Origin: Eledone cirrhosa
Taxonomy: Eukaryota
NCBI GenBank assembly: GCA_964016885.1
Contig: OZ024744.1
Span: 108,810,001-108,874,000 of the forward strand
Reading direction: 5' to 3'
DNA length: 64,000 bases
The notes below the pieces were generated by a model that had not been told where the DNA came from, did not search any database, and saw only the letters and a list, made by a program, of their open reading frames with translations. A program made the position numbers and the translations under genes. How positions within the stretch are numbered: the stretch's first letter is position 1; every line of letters starts with the position of its first letter. This document shows, piece by piece, positions 52,958-64,000 of the stretch.

Positions 52958-53255
52958 CAATATTTGGTTTACAGATAATGACATATCGATATATGAACTT
53001 AATGTTATGAGTACCATTTTGACTTAAACGAAAATCCCATTCCTGAATTCTACCGCGAGGTGAATAGTCATTTCCACAATTATAAGCTTTCTGATGAAGT
53101 GTGATAAATAATTAAGTATTGCATATGATCGAACAATATATATTGTTGTCAGTATATGTAGACGATTATAAGAAGCAAATAAATTCCTTGGTGCAATATT
53201 TGCTTATATATATATATATATAATATATATATATATATTATATATATATATATAT

Positions 53256-54089
53256 CTTAAAATGGAGTGGGAATAAGAAGAAAGCAAGAACGGGTCGGGG
53301 GGAATTTTCTTCATCAGTTGTCTACTGGGGATCTCGGATATTTCTACGCTTTAAAGACAAGATATCTCTCCCCTGGGGGCGTCAATAACTGGATAAGGTA
53401 TTGAGAAAACGGAGGAGGGAGTTAAGGAAAGCAAAATGGAAGAAAAGAGAAAACAATGAAAAAAAACAGCGAAAAACCCAACAAACCGAGCAATGTGCGA
53501 GCAACTTAACGTAAGGAAATCCAAGACCACTCGATAAGAGAACTTAAGTTCAAGACTGTGTGGTCGAGAGAAAAAAAGTCACACGTCTTTCTCCTCCCTT
53601 CTACCTACCTATTTCGCTACTTTCAACTCTCACCCCTCTTTCTTCAACTCCCTTTCTCCCTATCTACTCTTACCCCACTTTCTTCCTCTCCCTTTCCTCT
53701 TCTCACTTTCACCCCCTCGCCTGACAGTTTAGCAGTTCTCTTCTCACTTACAACTGCGGTGATCAGACGTGTGTCTTTTTTCTCTCAACCACTCAGTCTT
53801 GAACTTAAGTTCTCTTATCGAGTGGTCTTGGATTTCCTTACCTTAAGTTGCTCGCACATTGCTCGGTTTGTTGGTTTTTTTCGCTGTTTTTCAATGTTTT
53901 CTCTTTTCTTCCCCTTTGCTTTCCTTCCCTCCCTGCTCCGTTTTCCCAATAACTTATCCAATTATTGACGCCCTGGGGCGAGATATCTTGTCTTTAAAGC
54001 GTATAAATATCCGAGATCCCCAGTAGACAACTGATGAGGACCCCCCTCCCCACGTTTTTGCTTTCTTCTTATTCCCACTCCATTTTAAG
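53256..54089. repeat. Long inverted repeat, ~300-bp arms with ~235-bp spacer
   Basis: 53256-53558 is the reverse complement of ~53794-54089 (CTTAAAATGGAGTGGGAATAAGAAG...GTTCAAGACTG). Confidence 0.92.
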
Positions 54090-54126
54090 TTACCTTAAAT
54101 AGCAACTACACAGCCATTTCTATTCT

Positions 54127-54190
<64 letters not shown>

Positions 54191-54366
54191 TTATACATAT
54201 TGTATAAAGCTATGCTTGAAGCGAAATCCTATTTCTTTTATATTATAAGTTGAGCCAACTTATGCAGCTTCATATGCAAATGAGATTAATCACCTCATTT
54301 ACACAGACGAGAAATGTATATATTCTTGCCTGTCTTCTAGTCCTGCAGTCGCAAGCGGTGGGAGGG

Positions 54367-54410
54367 ACCGTCCTGACGAAGGTCAGTTAAGCCTGAAATG
54401 CATAGACGGT
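54367..54410 (+). ncRNA. Type I hammerhead ribozyme
   Basis: ACCGTC-CTGACGA-AGG...CCT-GAAA-TGCA-TA-GACGGT, with a 6-bp stem I and palindromic ATGCAT stem III. Confidence 0.82.
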
Positions 54411-54562
54411 TGCCCCCCCTTGTTTCTGCTGGACATCACCAGAGGGCGTTAGCCCCCCGGTGTTTGCATAGCTACGGCTTCCTAAAACCGTATTTCCTTG
54501 GAGATACGAAATATTTATACATATGGTATAAAGCTATGCTTGAAGCGAAATCCTATTTCTTT

Positions 54563-54610
<48 letters not shown>

Positions 54611-54612
54611 CA

Positions 54613-54682
<70 letters not shown>

Positions 54683-54831
54683 GATATATATAGATATAGA
54701 TATATATATAAGAAAGAAATAGGATATAAGATCATGAGGGGTTTTTTTTTAATGAAAAAAAACGAGATGTACTACATGAGTGAGAGTATAAGGAAAAAAG
54801 ATGAAATCGAAAATGCAACTGGAGTGTTTTT

Positions 54832-55033
54832 AAGAATATTTATTTGTATCCTTTACCGGTTTCACAGTTCTTATGCTTTTCAAAAGTAGAATTGAGATGG
54901 AGGGTTTGTAGTTTTTCTCGCGTTTGTGGTTTTTCTCGGAGATGCGAGAAAAACCACAAACCCTCCATCTCAATTCTACTTTTGAAAAGCATAAGAACTG
55001 TGAAACCGGTAAAGGATACAAATAAATATTCTT
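54832..55033. repeat. Near-perfect palindrome, ~90-bp arms
   Basis: AAGAATATTTATTTGTATCCTTTACCGG...TTTTTCTCGC / GCGAGAAAAA...CCGGTAAAGGATACAAATAAATATTCTT. A single-arm relative lies at 61349-61495. Confidence 0.93.
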
Positions 55034-55098
55034 TAAAAGAATTTTCGATGCATTTTCCATTTCATCTTTTTTCCTTATATATATATATATATATATAT

Positions 55099-55162
<64 letters not shown>

Positions 55163-55170
55163 CAGATTAC

Positions 55171-55283
55171 ATATATCGTTTAATCATTATAATTATTTCC
55201 ACGGTTCTCCATGCAATCGAGATGTCCTTCATGCATTTGCTGTTGATTATGAGAACGGTTTCCTCAGATGAAAATCGATATAT
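55171..55283 (-). ncRNA. Hammerhead ribozyme with extended stem II
   Basis: Minus strand: ATATATCGATTTTCAT-CTGAGGA-AACCGTTCTC...GAGAACCGTG-GAAA-TAATTA-TA-ATGATTAAACGATATAT. Confidence 0.68.
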
Positions 55284-55997
55284 TTGATATATCGCTGGCA
55301 GGAAAACACACATCCTAATGCCTGTGTGTCCCCAGCATACATATGAGTTCCTTGAAGGGTTTGCCAGCCGTCGTGCTTGTTAGAAAAAGCTATCAACGAA
55401 AAAGACGAAAAGAACGAAGAACTGTAATGCAGCCAAAAAAACCCAATAGACAGTTGAAGCAATAAATGGAGCTCTGATGGAGGAGGAGGGGGGGGGTATA
55501 TATTTTGTTGACAACCGCCTATAGACAAAAATAACAACAACAACAACGACGACAACGACAACGACAACATTAAACCGCCGACCAATGTTATCCACTCTGG
55601 TCGCAATAGTCGTGTTGATACCACCACCCTATTGACAACAACAACTAAAGCAACAGCTACAGTAAACACTTACAACGACAACAACAACAACAACGACAAC
55701 AGCAGCAAAAACACAGACCAGCGTCGTGTATACAGGCCAAAAGAGCCGGTCGCAGTGACGGTATCACCCTGTCGACAATAAACAGCAATAACCGCCAAAG
55801 CAATAAAAAGGAGTTCAGAGGTAGGTGGGTACACAGAGTTGGTGGTTGGTATCAATCACCATGACCATATATAGCAACAACAACAATGGTAACGGCAACA
55901 AACACCAACACCGCCCATCACCCCCCCCCCCATCATCTTCGTCGTAGTAGTGGTGGCATCATTTATGTTAGTATTAAGCCATTGGAAACACCACCAC

Positions 55998-56033
<36 letters not shown>

Positions 56034-56051
56034 GGTTTTAATATAGATGAG

Positions 56052-56098
56052 ATTCTACAGGACTAGAACTGTTTCATTCTTTAGAAATCATCAGGAAT
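56052..56098 (-). ncRNA. Type I hammerhead ribozyme
   Basis: Minus strand: ATTC-CTGATGA-TTTC-TAAA-GAAT-GAAACAG-TTCTAGTC-CTGTA-GAAT. Confidence 0.72.
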
Positions 56099-56606
56099 TT
56101 GGGTATCAAAAAATAAATATGGTATTTATAGGTCTCTACAAGTGGTAGGAGAGGGTGGGGAGTGGGATGGGTGTAGGTCATTGGTTGATAGAAAAGGGAA
56201 TTCATTAAAAGCTAATTCTACAAAGCTATAGTTTATTTTTATTTTTATTTTATTTATTTTTGTTTTTAGAGTAACAAGGGCAGACAGAATTCTATAAACA
56301 GGTTCCGGATGGCATACCATTCCTTGTCATTAAGTTTCTCTTAAGCTAACAGATGTCTATAAGATCAGTGGGGGGTCAGTCATGGTAGATAGAATTAAAG
56401 GAAAGGGAGATTCTTTAAAAGCTAAATATAATATATATATATATATAGCGGCGATGAATTAGTCGGTCAGTCAATGGCAACATTGAGGACCGATTAAGTT
56501 AGATCGCAGATATAAAAGACAGCGAGAAGCGAAAACCAACCAAACAGTGAGTGTGTTCTGTTATTAATTCTGGCAATATTACACAAATATGACCCTCCCC
56601 AAGTAT

Positions 56607-56679
<73 letters not shown>

Positions 56680-56872
56680 CATATATATATAAATGAAAGG
56701 TATAGAAATTGTTTTAGCGAGAAGCTAACTGTATTCTATAATATATATATATATATATAATTGGAAATCAGTAAAATCGAATCTCTGGCGGTTTGCAAGT
56801 AAATTCGGCCTTCTTATATGAAATGATGAGTTAGCAAAGCACTCGATAAGATAGGACCTCAGAGTAATAACA

Positions 56873-57053
56873 TACGTTTTAATAGCTTGACAAATCGAAC
56901 ATTGTGGTAGGCAAAACTAACACACAATACATACCAAAGTAACGGTAGAACTAATCAGGTTGAGAAACCTGATTAGTTCTATCGTTACTTTGGTATGTAT
57001 TGTGTGTTAGTTTCGCCTACCACAATGTTCGATTTGTCAAGCTATTTAAACGT
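56873..57053. repeat. Near-perfect palindrome, ~88-bp arms with a 3-4 nt loop
   Basis: ...GTAGAACTAATCAGGTT-GAGA-AACCTGATTAGTTCTAT... Confidence 0.93.
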
Positions 57054-57171
57054 ATATTATATATATATAATAAATCAGGAAAGAAGAGTGACACGGTTTG
57101 CTATACAAAAAAGGTTTTTAATCTCATCTCTTTACCTAAGTGGACTGCATATAACAATTATTTGTTACCCC

Positions 57172-57210
<39 letters not shown>

Positions 57211-57890
57211 GGCTGAATAGCCTCATTTGCATACCGAGCGATTTTACGGCTGGCTTTGCCAAAAATTAAAAACCAATGTTTGTTTTCGCTCTTAATACGG
57301 TGGAAACCTAAATATATTCGTGAGTGAATAATAATAATATTATTAAAATTCGGTTTGTTTGCAAGCAAACAGCCCCATGCAAATGAGACTAATCAGCCGA
57401 TGTATATATTTGAGAATATTATGTATTCTCAGCAGTTCCAGTGATGTAGCAGAGATGAGAGAATATACAATCTTGACAAGGAGCAAGTCACTCCGAAATA
57501 ATTGTCGATTGTTTTCTCTCAGCTACTGCTGGAACAAAGTGATGACATTGTCATCTAACACGTGTGTTTATGAGGCTGTTAGCTTGTAAACCAATCGAAT
57601 ATTAATATTTTGATATCATAATATCATTATTATTCCCTCACGAAAACGTTCGTTTAGGCATCCACCATGTTAGGAGCTATATATATATATATGTATATAT
57701 ATATGTGATGTATTTCCGTCGGAAAGGTACAGGAAAAAAGAGTGCTCTTTACATAACTAAATAAATATATATATATATATATATTTAGACAGAGAGATGT
57801 CAACATGAATGGACCTATTATTTTTATTAAAGACATTTTTTCCAATTCCATCCCGCCCAACCCCTTAATCTATTTTATTTCTCATTCTTT

Positions 57891-57925
57891 TTTCTGATGA
57901 AGGACTAGCGTCCGAAACGTTAGGA
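57891..57925 (+). ncRNA. Minimal hammerhead ribozyme
   Basis: CTGATGA-AGGAC-TAGC-GTCC-GAAACGTTA, inside a cassette (57785-58015) flanked by (TA)n. Confidence 0.72.
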
Positions 57926-58013
57926 CCCTCTTCCTGCTATATCAAGCGTTAACCTAATATTTACCTTCCACATACTGTACCATATACTGTTGTTATTTCT
58001 GTTCACCTTTTAC

Positions 58014-58076
<63 letters not shown>

Positions 58077-58200
58077 AAAAAAAAATATTTATTAAAATAT
58101 ATATATATTTATTAAAATAACAGATTAAAGTTTAAGCAAAGAATCGCTGCTTTCACCCTTAACGGGTTTGGATGTTAGTCTTCATAATTATTATTATTAC

Positions 58201-58256
<56 letters not shown>

Positions 58257-58303
58257 TAAAATGCTGGAAAGAACAACAAAGATTTATGAATAGATGTATA
58301 TTT

Positions 58304-58491
58304 AATTGTTTCTACTTTTGGCACAAGGCCACCAATTACCCAGTGTATTACTGGTACTTTATTTTATCGTCCCCGTAAGGATGAGGCAAAGTTAACCTCG
58401 GCGGGATTTGAACTCAGAATGCAAGGGCCGTAACTCTATGCGTCAAAGCATGGCGTCCGACCCTCTACTGATACTGCCAATCCACGGCCCT
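58304..58491 (-). mobile_element. tRNA-headed Nin/Deu-core SINE with 14-bp TSD
   Basis: GATGTATATTTAAT at 58293-58306 and 58493-58506. Confidence 0.88.
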
Positions 58492-58506
58492 TGATGTATA
58501 TTTAAT

Positions 58507-58629
58507 GACTGACAAGTTGTTTCAAATACTGCACAGTAAAAATGCACATTGATGGTTTGAATATCGAATATAAAACGATATTAGTACATTAAAAATAAAT
58601 AAATGTGCGGCAGTGTTGTCATCGGAGCC
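58507..58629 (-). ncRNA. Degenerate hammerhead with long stem II, plus a partial inverted copy at ~58695-58755
   Basis: Minus strand: GGCT-CCGATGA-CAACACTGC...GCAGTATTT-GAAAC-AACTT-GTC-AGTC. The mirror arm retains CTGATGA at ~58730. Confidence 0.6.
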
Positions 58630-59595
58630 TAAAAAAAGTTTTTATAACATATTAACCTATATATAAATAAATAAATATATATATATACATATATATGGGT
58701 TAATATGTTATAAAGGGTTTTTTTAGGCTCTGATGACAATACTGACACACATTTATATATATCTCTTTTACCTGTTTCAGCCATTCGGCTATATATATAT
58801 ATACACTATATTGTGTTGGTTAAGTTGTATATTATCGCATTACTGTATTTCATTATCTTATAATTTTCATCTTTTAATATACTATCTTTCCTAGCCATAA
58901 CCTTAATTTATATTCACCTAAAAACTCAATACAACACTAATCACCATTTATTTTGACATTCTTTTCAACTTCACTATATCAGATACATTCAACTATCAGT
59001 TTGACAATCCCTTTCCTCCTAATAGATTTTTATGCCAATTCTACTATTAACACCATTCAACCATTCCTTTCAAAGTGTCATGACCTCAACTAAAGTGTAT
59101 TACTTTTCATCTTAACACCATATGAAAAAAAACAATTTGATTCGTTAGTTCTTCAACAACCTCCAAATATAAAATTATTATTGCTTTTGAAAACAGCTGG
59201 TGATATGCATGTAAGTAAATGCTCTCTTTATCTGATATTTTGTAACTAACCTTACATAGATCAATAACGGAGTATAGCTACAATGTATTATCATCATCTA
59301 GAAACGATCGTAAAGCATTGAAGTATATCTCTAATGATTTGATTTTTTATTTCATTTTATATCATGACTCTGTTTTCCTTTTAATGTTTTATTGTTTTCC
59401 GAGATTTATCTTAACCTACAACATTTTCAACATATGGATTACATCGAGTTCTTCATGCAGAATAGACCCCACAACTTACTGTGGGTACCTCTGTGTATAT
59501 ATATATATATAATTAAAATAGCTCAGTATCTCTGAAATATGTATAATAAAATATATTTGATCACATGAATGTCTATATTTATCAATATTTTGAAG

Positions 59596-59683
<88 letters not shown>

Positions 59684-59770
59684 CGCCATCTTGTTTTTCT
59701 GAACACACAGAAAAACAAGATGGCGTAGGACAGAACAAAGGAAAGGCACAAAACAAAGAAAAGAATCCCA

Positions 59771-59813
59771 GTCACTGAAGAGGTCACAGGATGTGTGACG
59801 AAAGAACTTTGAC
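59771..59813 (+). ncRNA. Type I hammerhead ribozyme
   Basis: GTCA-CTGAAGA-GGTCACA-GGATG-TGTGAC-GAAAG-AA-CTT-TGAC. Confidence 0.72.
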
Positions 59814-60022
59814 AATATATGAACAACCGTCCGGTTGTGGAACCAACCAACCAACCGGAAATTTATAAATTTATAAATTTATAATTTAATTTATAATAAA
59901 TTGGAGTGTAAGCAACTGGTGCGTGTGTTTCTTATTGGCAACATGACCCTCCCAAAGTATAACAATATCGGTTTCAACACACGTTTTCAGATAAAGAATC
60001 TTGCTAAACAAATTCAGAAACG

Positions 60023-60054
<32 letters not shown>

Positions 60055-60235
60055 CCAAACCTGTCAACCTCTAAAAACCCTAACGAGAGTATCATGAAAA
60101 TAAGTGCCCCAAACGGGGAGAAATGAGGCAAAATGGGGAGATTTTATATAATGAAAGCTATACCCATTTTCAAAAGAGAGAACATCACATCATTAAGGTG
60201 GGAGTTGACAGGTCTGATCTCTCTCTCTCTCTCTC

Positions 60236-60407
<172 letters not shown>

Positions 60408-60498
60408 AATATGCTTATCAGAGTGTAGATAACGACTGAGAGAAAAGAGTACTCAATAACGAAGTAGAGTTTAAATATTTATTTTAAGCCTAAATAGT

Positions 60499-60567
60499 GA
60501 GTCCTGCTTCTCTGATGACCCTCTGAGAGTAACAAGACTGAGGTGAAACTCCAGAGTAACAAGACTT
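60499..60567 (+). ncRNA. Hammerhead ribozyme
   Basis: CTGATGA-CCCTC...GAGGT-GAAACTC-CA-GAGTA, inside a cassette (60405-60598) between two (TA)n tracts. Confidence 0.7.
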
Positions 60568-60596
60568 AATAAAACGAATACATACATACACGTGCA

Positions 60597-60655
<59 letters not shown>

Positions 60656-60659
<4 letters not shown>

Positions 60660-60752
60660 GGAACGAGTAGGACCCCGACGGCTGAGCTCAAGCCGTTGCG
60701 ACGGCTAATTCTGGACTTGAGCTCAGCCGTCGGGGTCCTACTCATTCCTATT
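60656..60752. repeat. GC-rich hairpin with a ~37-bp stem
   Basis: AATAGGAACGAGTAGGACCCCGACGGCTGAGCTCAAG / CTTGAGCTCAGCCGTCGGGGTCCTACTCATTCCTATT. Confidence 0.9.
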
Positions 60753-60985
60753 ACCCACTCTACTACCCTAAGTATTGAGTACTTTGGTGCGTTATGGTCC
60801 ACCTGGTTCCTTACCACATTTCCTTCGTTATATATATATATATATATTTGCCTCTACCTTCTATCTTTGCACACGGCACTGGACAGAATTGCTTCCACAT
60901 CATTCATTCTCATCTCGGGAACAACTTTGAATAGCGCCAGTTCGTAATTCGAACTCGGGAATTTTATATTCTCCGAGTGAAAAGA

Positions 60986-61071
60986 ACCTTCTGACGAGAG
61001 TTTATCTTTTCAATGGAGGCCCGCAAGGACTATCCATTTATTTTTGAGATTCGAAACCGTTCGGTAAAGGT
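60986..61071 (+). ncRNA. Type I hammerhead ribozyme with extended stem II
   Basis: ACCTT-CTGACGA-GAGTTT...AGATTC-GAAACCG-TT-CGGTA-AAGGT. Confidence 0.82.
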
Positions 61072-61089
61072 AACCATAGTAAGTACAGG

Positions 61090-61138
61090 GAATTTTTTGA
61101 AATTTATTTAAAAACTTTTTCTTATTTGCTAAACCTTG

Positions 61139-61174
<36 letters not shown>

Positions 61175-61223
61175 CAAGGTTTAGCAAATAAGAAAAAGTT
61201 TTAAAATAAATTTCAAAAAATTC
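61090..61223. repeat. AT-rich palindrome centred on (TA)n
   Basis: GAATTTTTTGAAATTTATTT...AAACCTTGAT-(TA)n-ATCAAGGTTT...AAATTTCAAAAAATTC. Confidence 0.92.
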
Positions 61224-61536
61224 ACTATATATATATCAAGTATAATACAGAATTGGCTTCTACAGGAAGCCATTTCTATATTAAACGTGCTGTTTACACT
61301 CTGCTAATGTATTGAGTACCTTACTAACTGTAGTTATATATATATATGTGAGAAAAACCACAGACCCACCATCTCAACTCTACTCTTGAAAAGCAGAAGA
61401 ACTGCGAAACCGGTAAAGGAACCAAATAAATATATATATATTTAAAAAAAAAAAAGACTCCAGTTGGATTTTCGATTTCATCTTTTTTTCTTTATATATA
61501 TATATATATATATTATAATACTGTATATATATAAAA

Positions 61537-61575
<39 letters not shown>

Positions 61576-63175
61576 TATATATACATATATATATATATAT
61601 AAACATCAGAAAAGTGAAGTCTAGAGAGTCCAAAATACCCTCTACTTCTAATAATATAAGGCTATTTCGCTCCAGCACGGATCTGATCGCGTCAAAACTC
61701 ACATAGCTCTGACGTCAGTAACGAAATTATAACAGTAAAAATTTATTTTCTAACGGGTGCTACAATATTAACTGCTCGTACGTCAGCACATATTTGTGAT
61801 GACGCTTTTCTCTCTTATATAACAGAGAATATAAACATATAGAACACAAATAAATAAAAAAAAAATGTTCCAACAGAAAGTGTAAGCAGCTCTGACGTCA
61901 ATCGTAAAATGCAGCAAAATGAATGATAACCAGTATAACTGTGATTCCGGAGAATACCGAATGTTCGTGTTTCAACGTTATAAAATCGAAAGCCGTTTCT
62001 GTATGTTTGATTCTACAGGCTAAACTGTTGAACGTATCCGTGCGCGAATAGTGTCTGACGTCAGTAATGAAATCTCACGTTAATGTCAGCAGCCGAGTTG
62101 ATTTTTCCGGAAAAGGCCGAACACGTTAATCTGCAACTAACTTCGTATCGGTGTACCGACTGCTACTGACTATGATGTCGAACGTTGAGAAGGCCTGCGC
62201 AGATAACAATTAAGTGTCGTGCGCAGACCAACAGCTACCTGGCAGTATAATGTGTGTTGCCGGATACCCTTGTAATTTGTAAAAAGTGTGGAACGAACAC
62301 AGCACAATAGCTTCTGCTATAATTGACGGTGAGCTTTCAAATTTTTTTCATTCATTTCCTCGTGTTATTCAAGTTTCATAAAACTTAACATTAAGTGTTG
62401 TCAATGTTGTACACTTGTTTGTTAAACAGAAATAATTTGCCGATTTTTAACTCCTTGGCGGCCGTTGTGTCTGTCGGTTGAAGGCCGCACGTGTGCACAG
62501 CTTCGATTGGTTTAACACGAAGAAGGTTTGCCGCTGTCGTGCCAATCAGTTGGCGCTTGGTCACTTTCATGAGCTCTTGCACCAAGTTAATTAAAACCAG
62601 TCGAAAAGGATGGACACAAATGACTTCACTTATATTAATTACAAACTGCCCCATTCGCGGTTTATGCTGGGTCTGGGAAAATACCTGTCCAGGAGGGAAC
62701 GTGCGGCTGCTTTAGAAAAATATTTTTTTTTAATTAAAAAAAAAACAACTCTTTTTTTTTTTTCTTCCTTGTTATATTTAATTTTTTCTATTACATTGTT
62801 GCGCTAAAAGTTGCGTACATGCAATGAGAGGGAGTTGTCCGCTTGAGAGTGAGTCCAATATAATATATCTGAGAAGGGTCAACTTTCCCTTTCAAATACA
62901 CACACACACCCACATTTGCCATCGTGATCGGTAAAAAGACCTGTAATCCGCAATATCTTGTAGTTGATCGGCTAAAACTGGTCTGCACATTTACACCCTC
63001 ACACACACACCAACCAGCATTTTGCCTAACCATCATCATCATCATCATCGTAATTAACATCATCATCATCATCATCATCATCATCTTCATTATTATTATT
63101 GTTATTATTGTGTGTTACTAACAAAGTACCAGTAACACACTGGGGTTTCGATTTAATCGACTTTCCCATTCCCCA

Positions 63176-63900
63176 AATTGTTGGTCTTGTTCCTATAGTA
63201 GAGATTGTTGCTGTTGTAGTAGTGGTGACTGATAAGATACCAGTTATATACGGTACAACCAACGACACACTTTTCTTTTTTTTTTTTTTTTTAGAAAATA
63301 GCCTACAACTCATAATAATATATTATTTATATTATTATTATTCGCTGTTAAAATGTTCAACTATGTATGTATATGCATGTGTATATAAGTATGTATGTGT
63401 ATATATCTATAGATGTGTGTGTGTATGTATGCATGTATGTGTGTGTATATATGTATATATGTATGTATATGTGTATGTATGTATGTATGTATGTATGTAT
63501 GTATGTGTGTGTGTTTGTATGTATGTAATTGTTGGTCTTGTTTCTATAGTAGAGATTGTAGCTGTTGTAGTAGTGGTGACTGATAAAAGATACCAGTTAT
63601 ATACGATACAACCAACGACACACTTTTCTTTTTGTTTTTTTTTTTAGAAAATAGCCTTCCCCCAACACCTACAACTCATAATAATATATTATTTATATTA
63701 TTATTATTATTCGCTGTTAAAATGTTCAACTATGTATGTATATGCATGTGTATATAAGTATGTATGTGTATATATCTATAGATGTGTGTGTGTATGTATG
63801 CATGTATGTGTGTGTATATATATGTATATATGTATGTATATGTGTGTATGTATGTATGCATATATGTATGTATGTGTGTTTGTATGTGTGTTTGTATGTA
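63176..63900. repeat. Tandem duplication (~350 bp) starting in a SINE 3' fragment
   Basis: AATTGTTGGTCTTGTT..TATAGTAGAGATTG occurs at 63176 and 63527, and the downstream sequence is colinear. Confidence 0.88.
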
Positions 63901-64000
63901 TGCATGTGTGTGTGTGTATGTATGTGTATGTATGTATGTGTGTGTGTGTATGTATGTGTGTGTGTATGTATGCATGTATGTATGTATGTGTATGTATGCA

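Noticed and set aside
53088-53180. CTGATGA as a possible hammerhead (also 54031 and its mirror near 53311)
   Set aside because: No properly placed GAAA and stem III could be found.
62391-62715. Short ORFs in the CpG-richer island
   Set aside because: No recognisable domain or clear exon boundaries, so a CDS call cannot be supported.

Overview
Repeat-dense eukaryotic DNA with no recognisable host gene. The SINE family and microsatellite load look like an octopus/coleoid cephalopod genome (inference). Contents: (1) a 17-bp satellite at 1-5976; (2) a 32-bp satellite of 561 units at 28384-46340 with nested higher-order duplications; (3) two head-to-tail clusters of L1/Tx1-type non-LTR retrotransposons at 12211-23420 and 46931-48928, nine copies all on the minus strand, with junctions in (TAGA)n/(TATC)n tracts, suggesting a GATA-microsatellite-targeting family with a covarying structured 3' UTR and a long-range complementarity between the end of ORF1 and the 3' UTR; (4) about 15 minimal hammerhead-ribozyme motifs of the Penelope-like-element type, mostly in short (TA)n-flanked cassettes and palindromes, plus a GIY-YIG remnant; (5) an internally deleted RTE-like element with a candidate HDV-like ribozyme; (6) Helitron remnants and many tRNA-headed Nin/Deu-core SINEs. 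Most ORFs in the supplied track are microsatellite artefacts. All calls were made by eye, with no database search.
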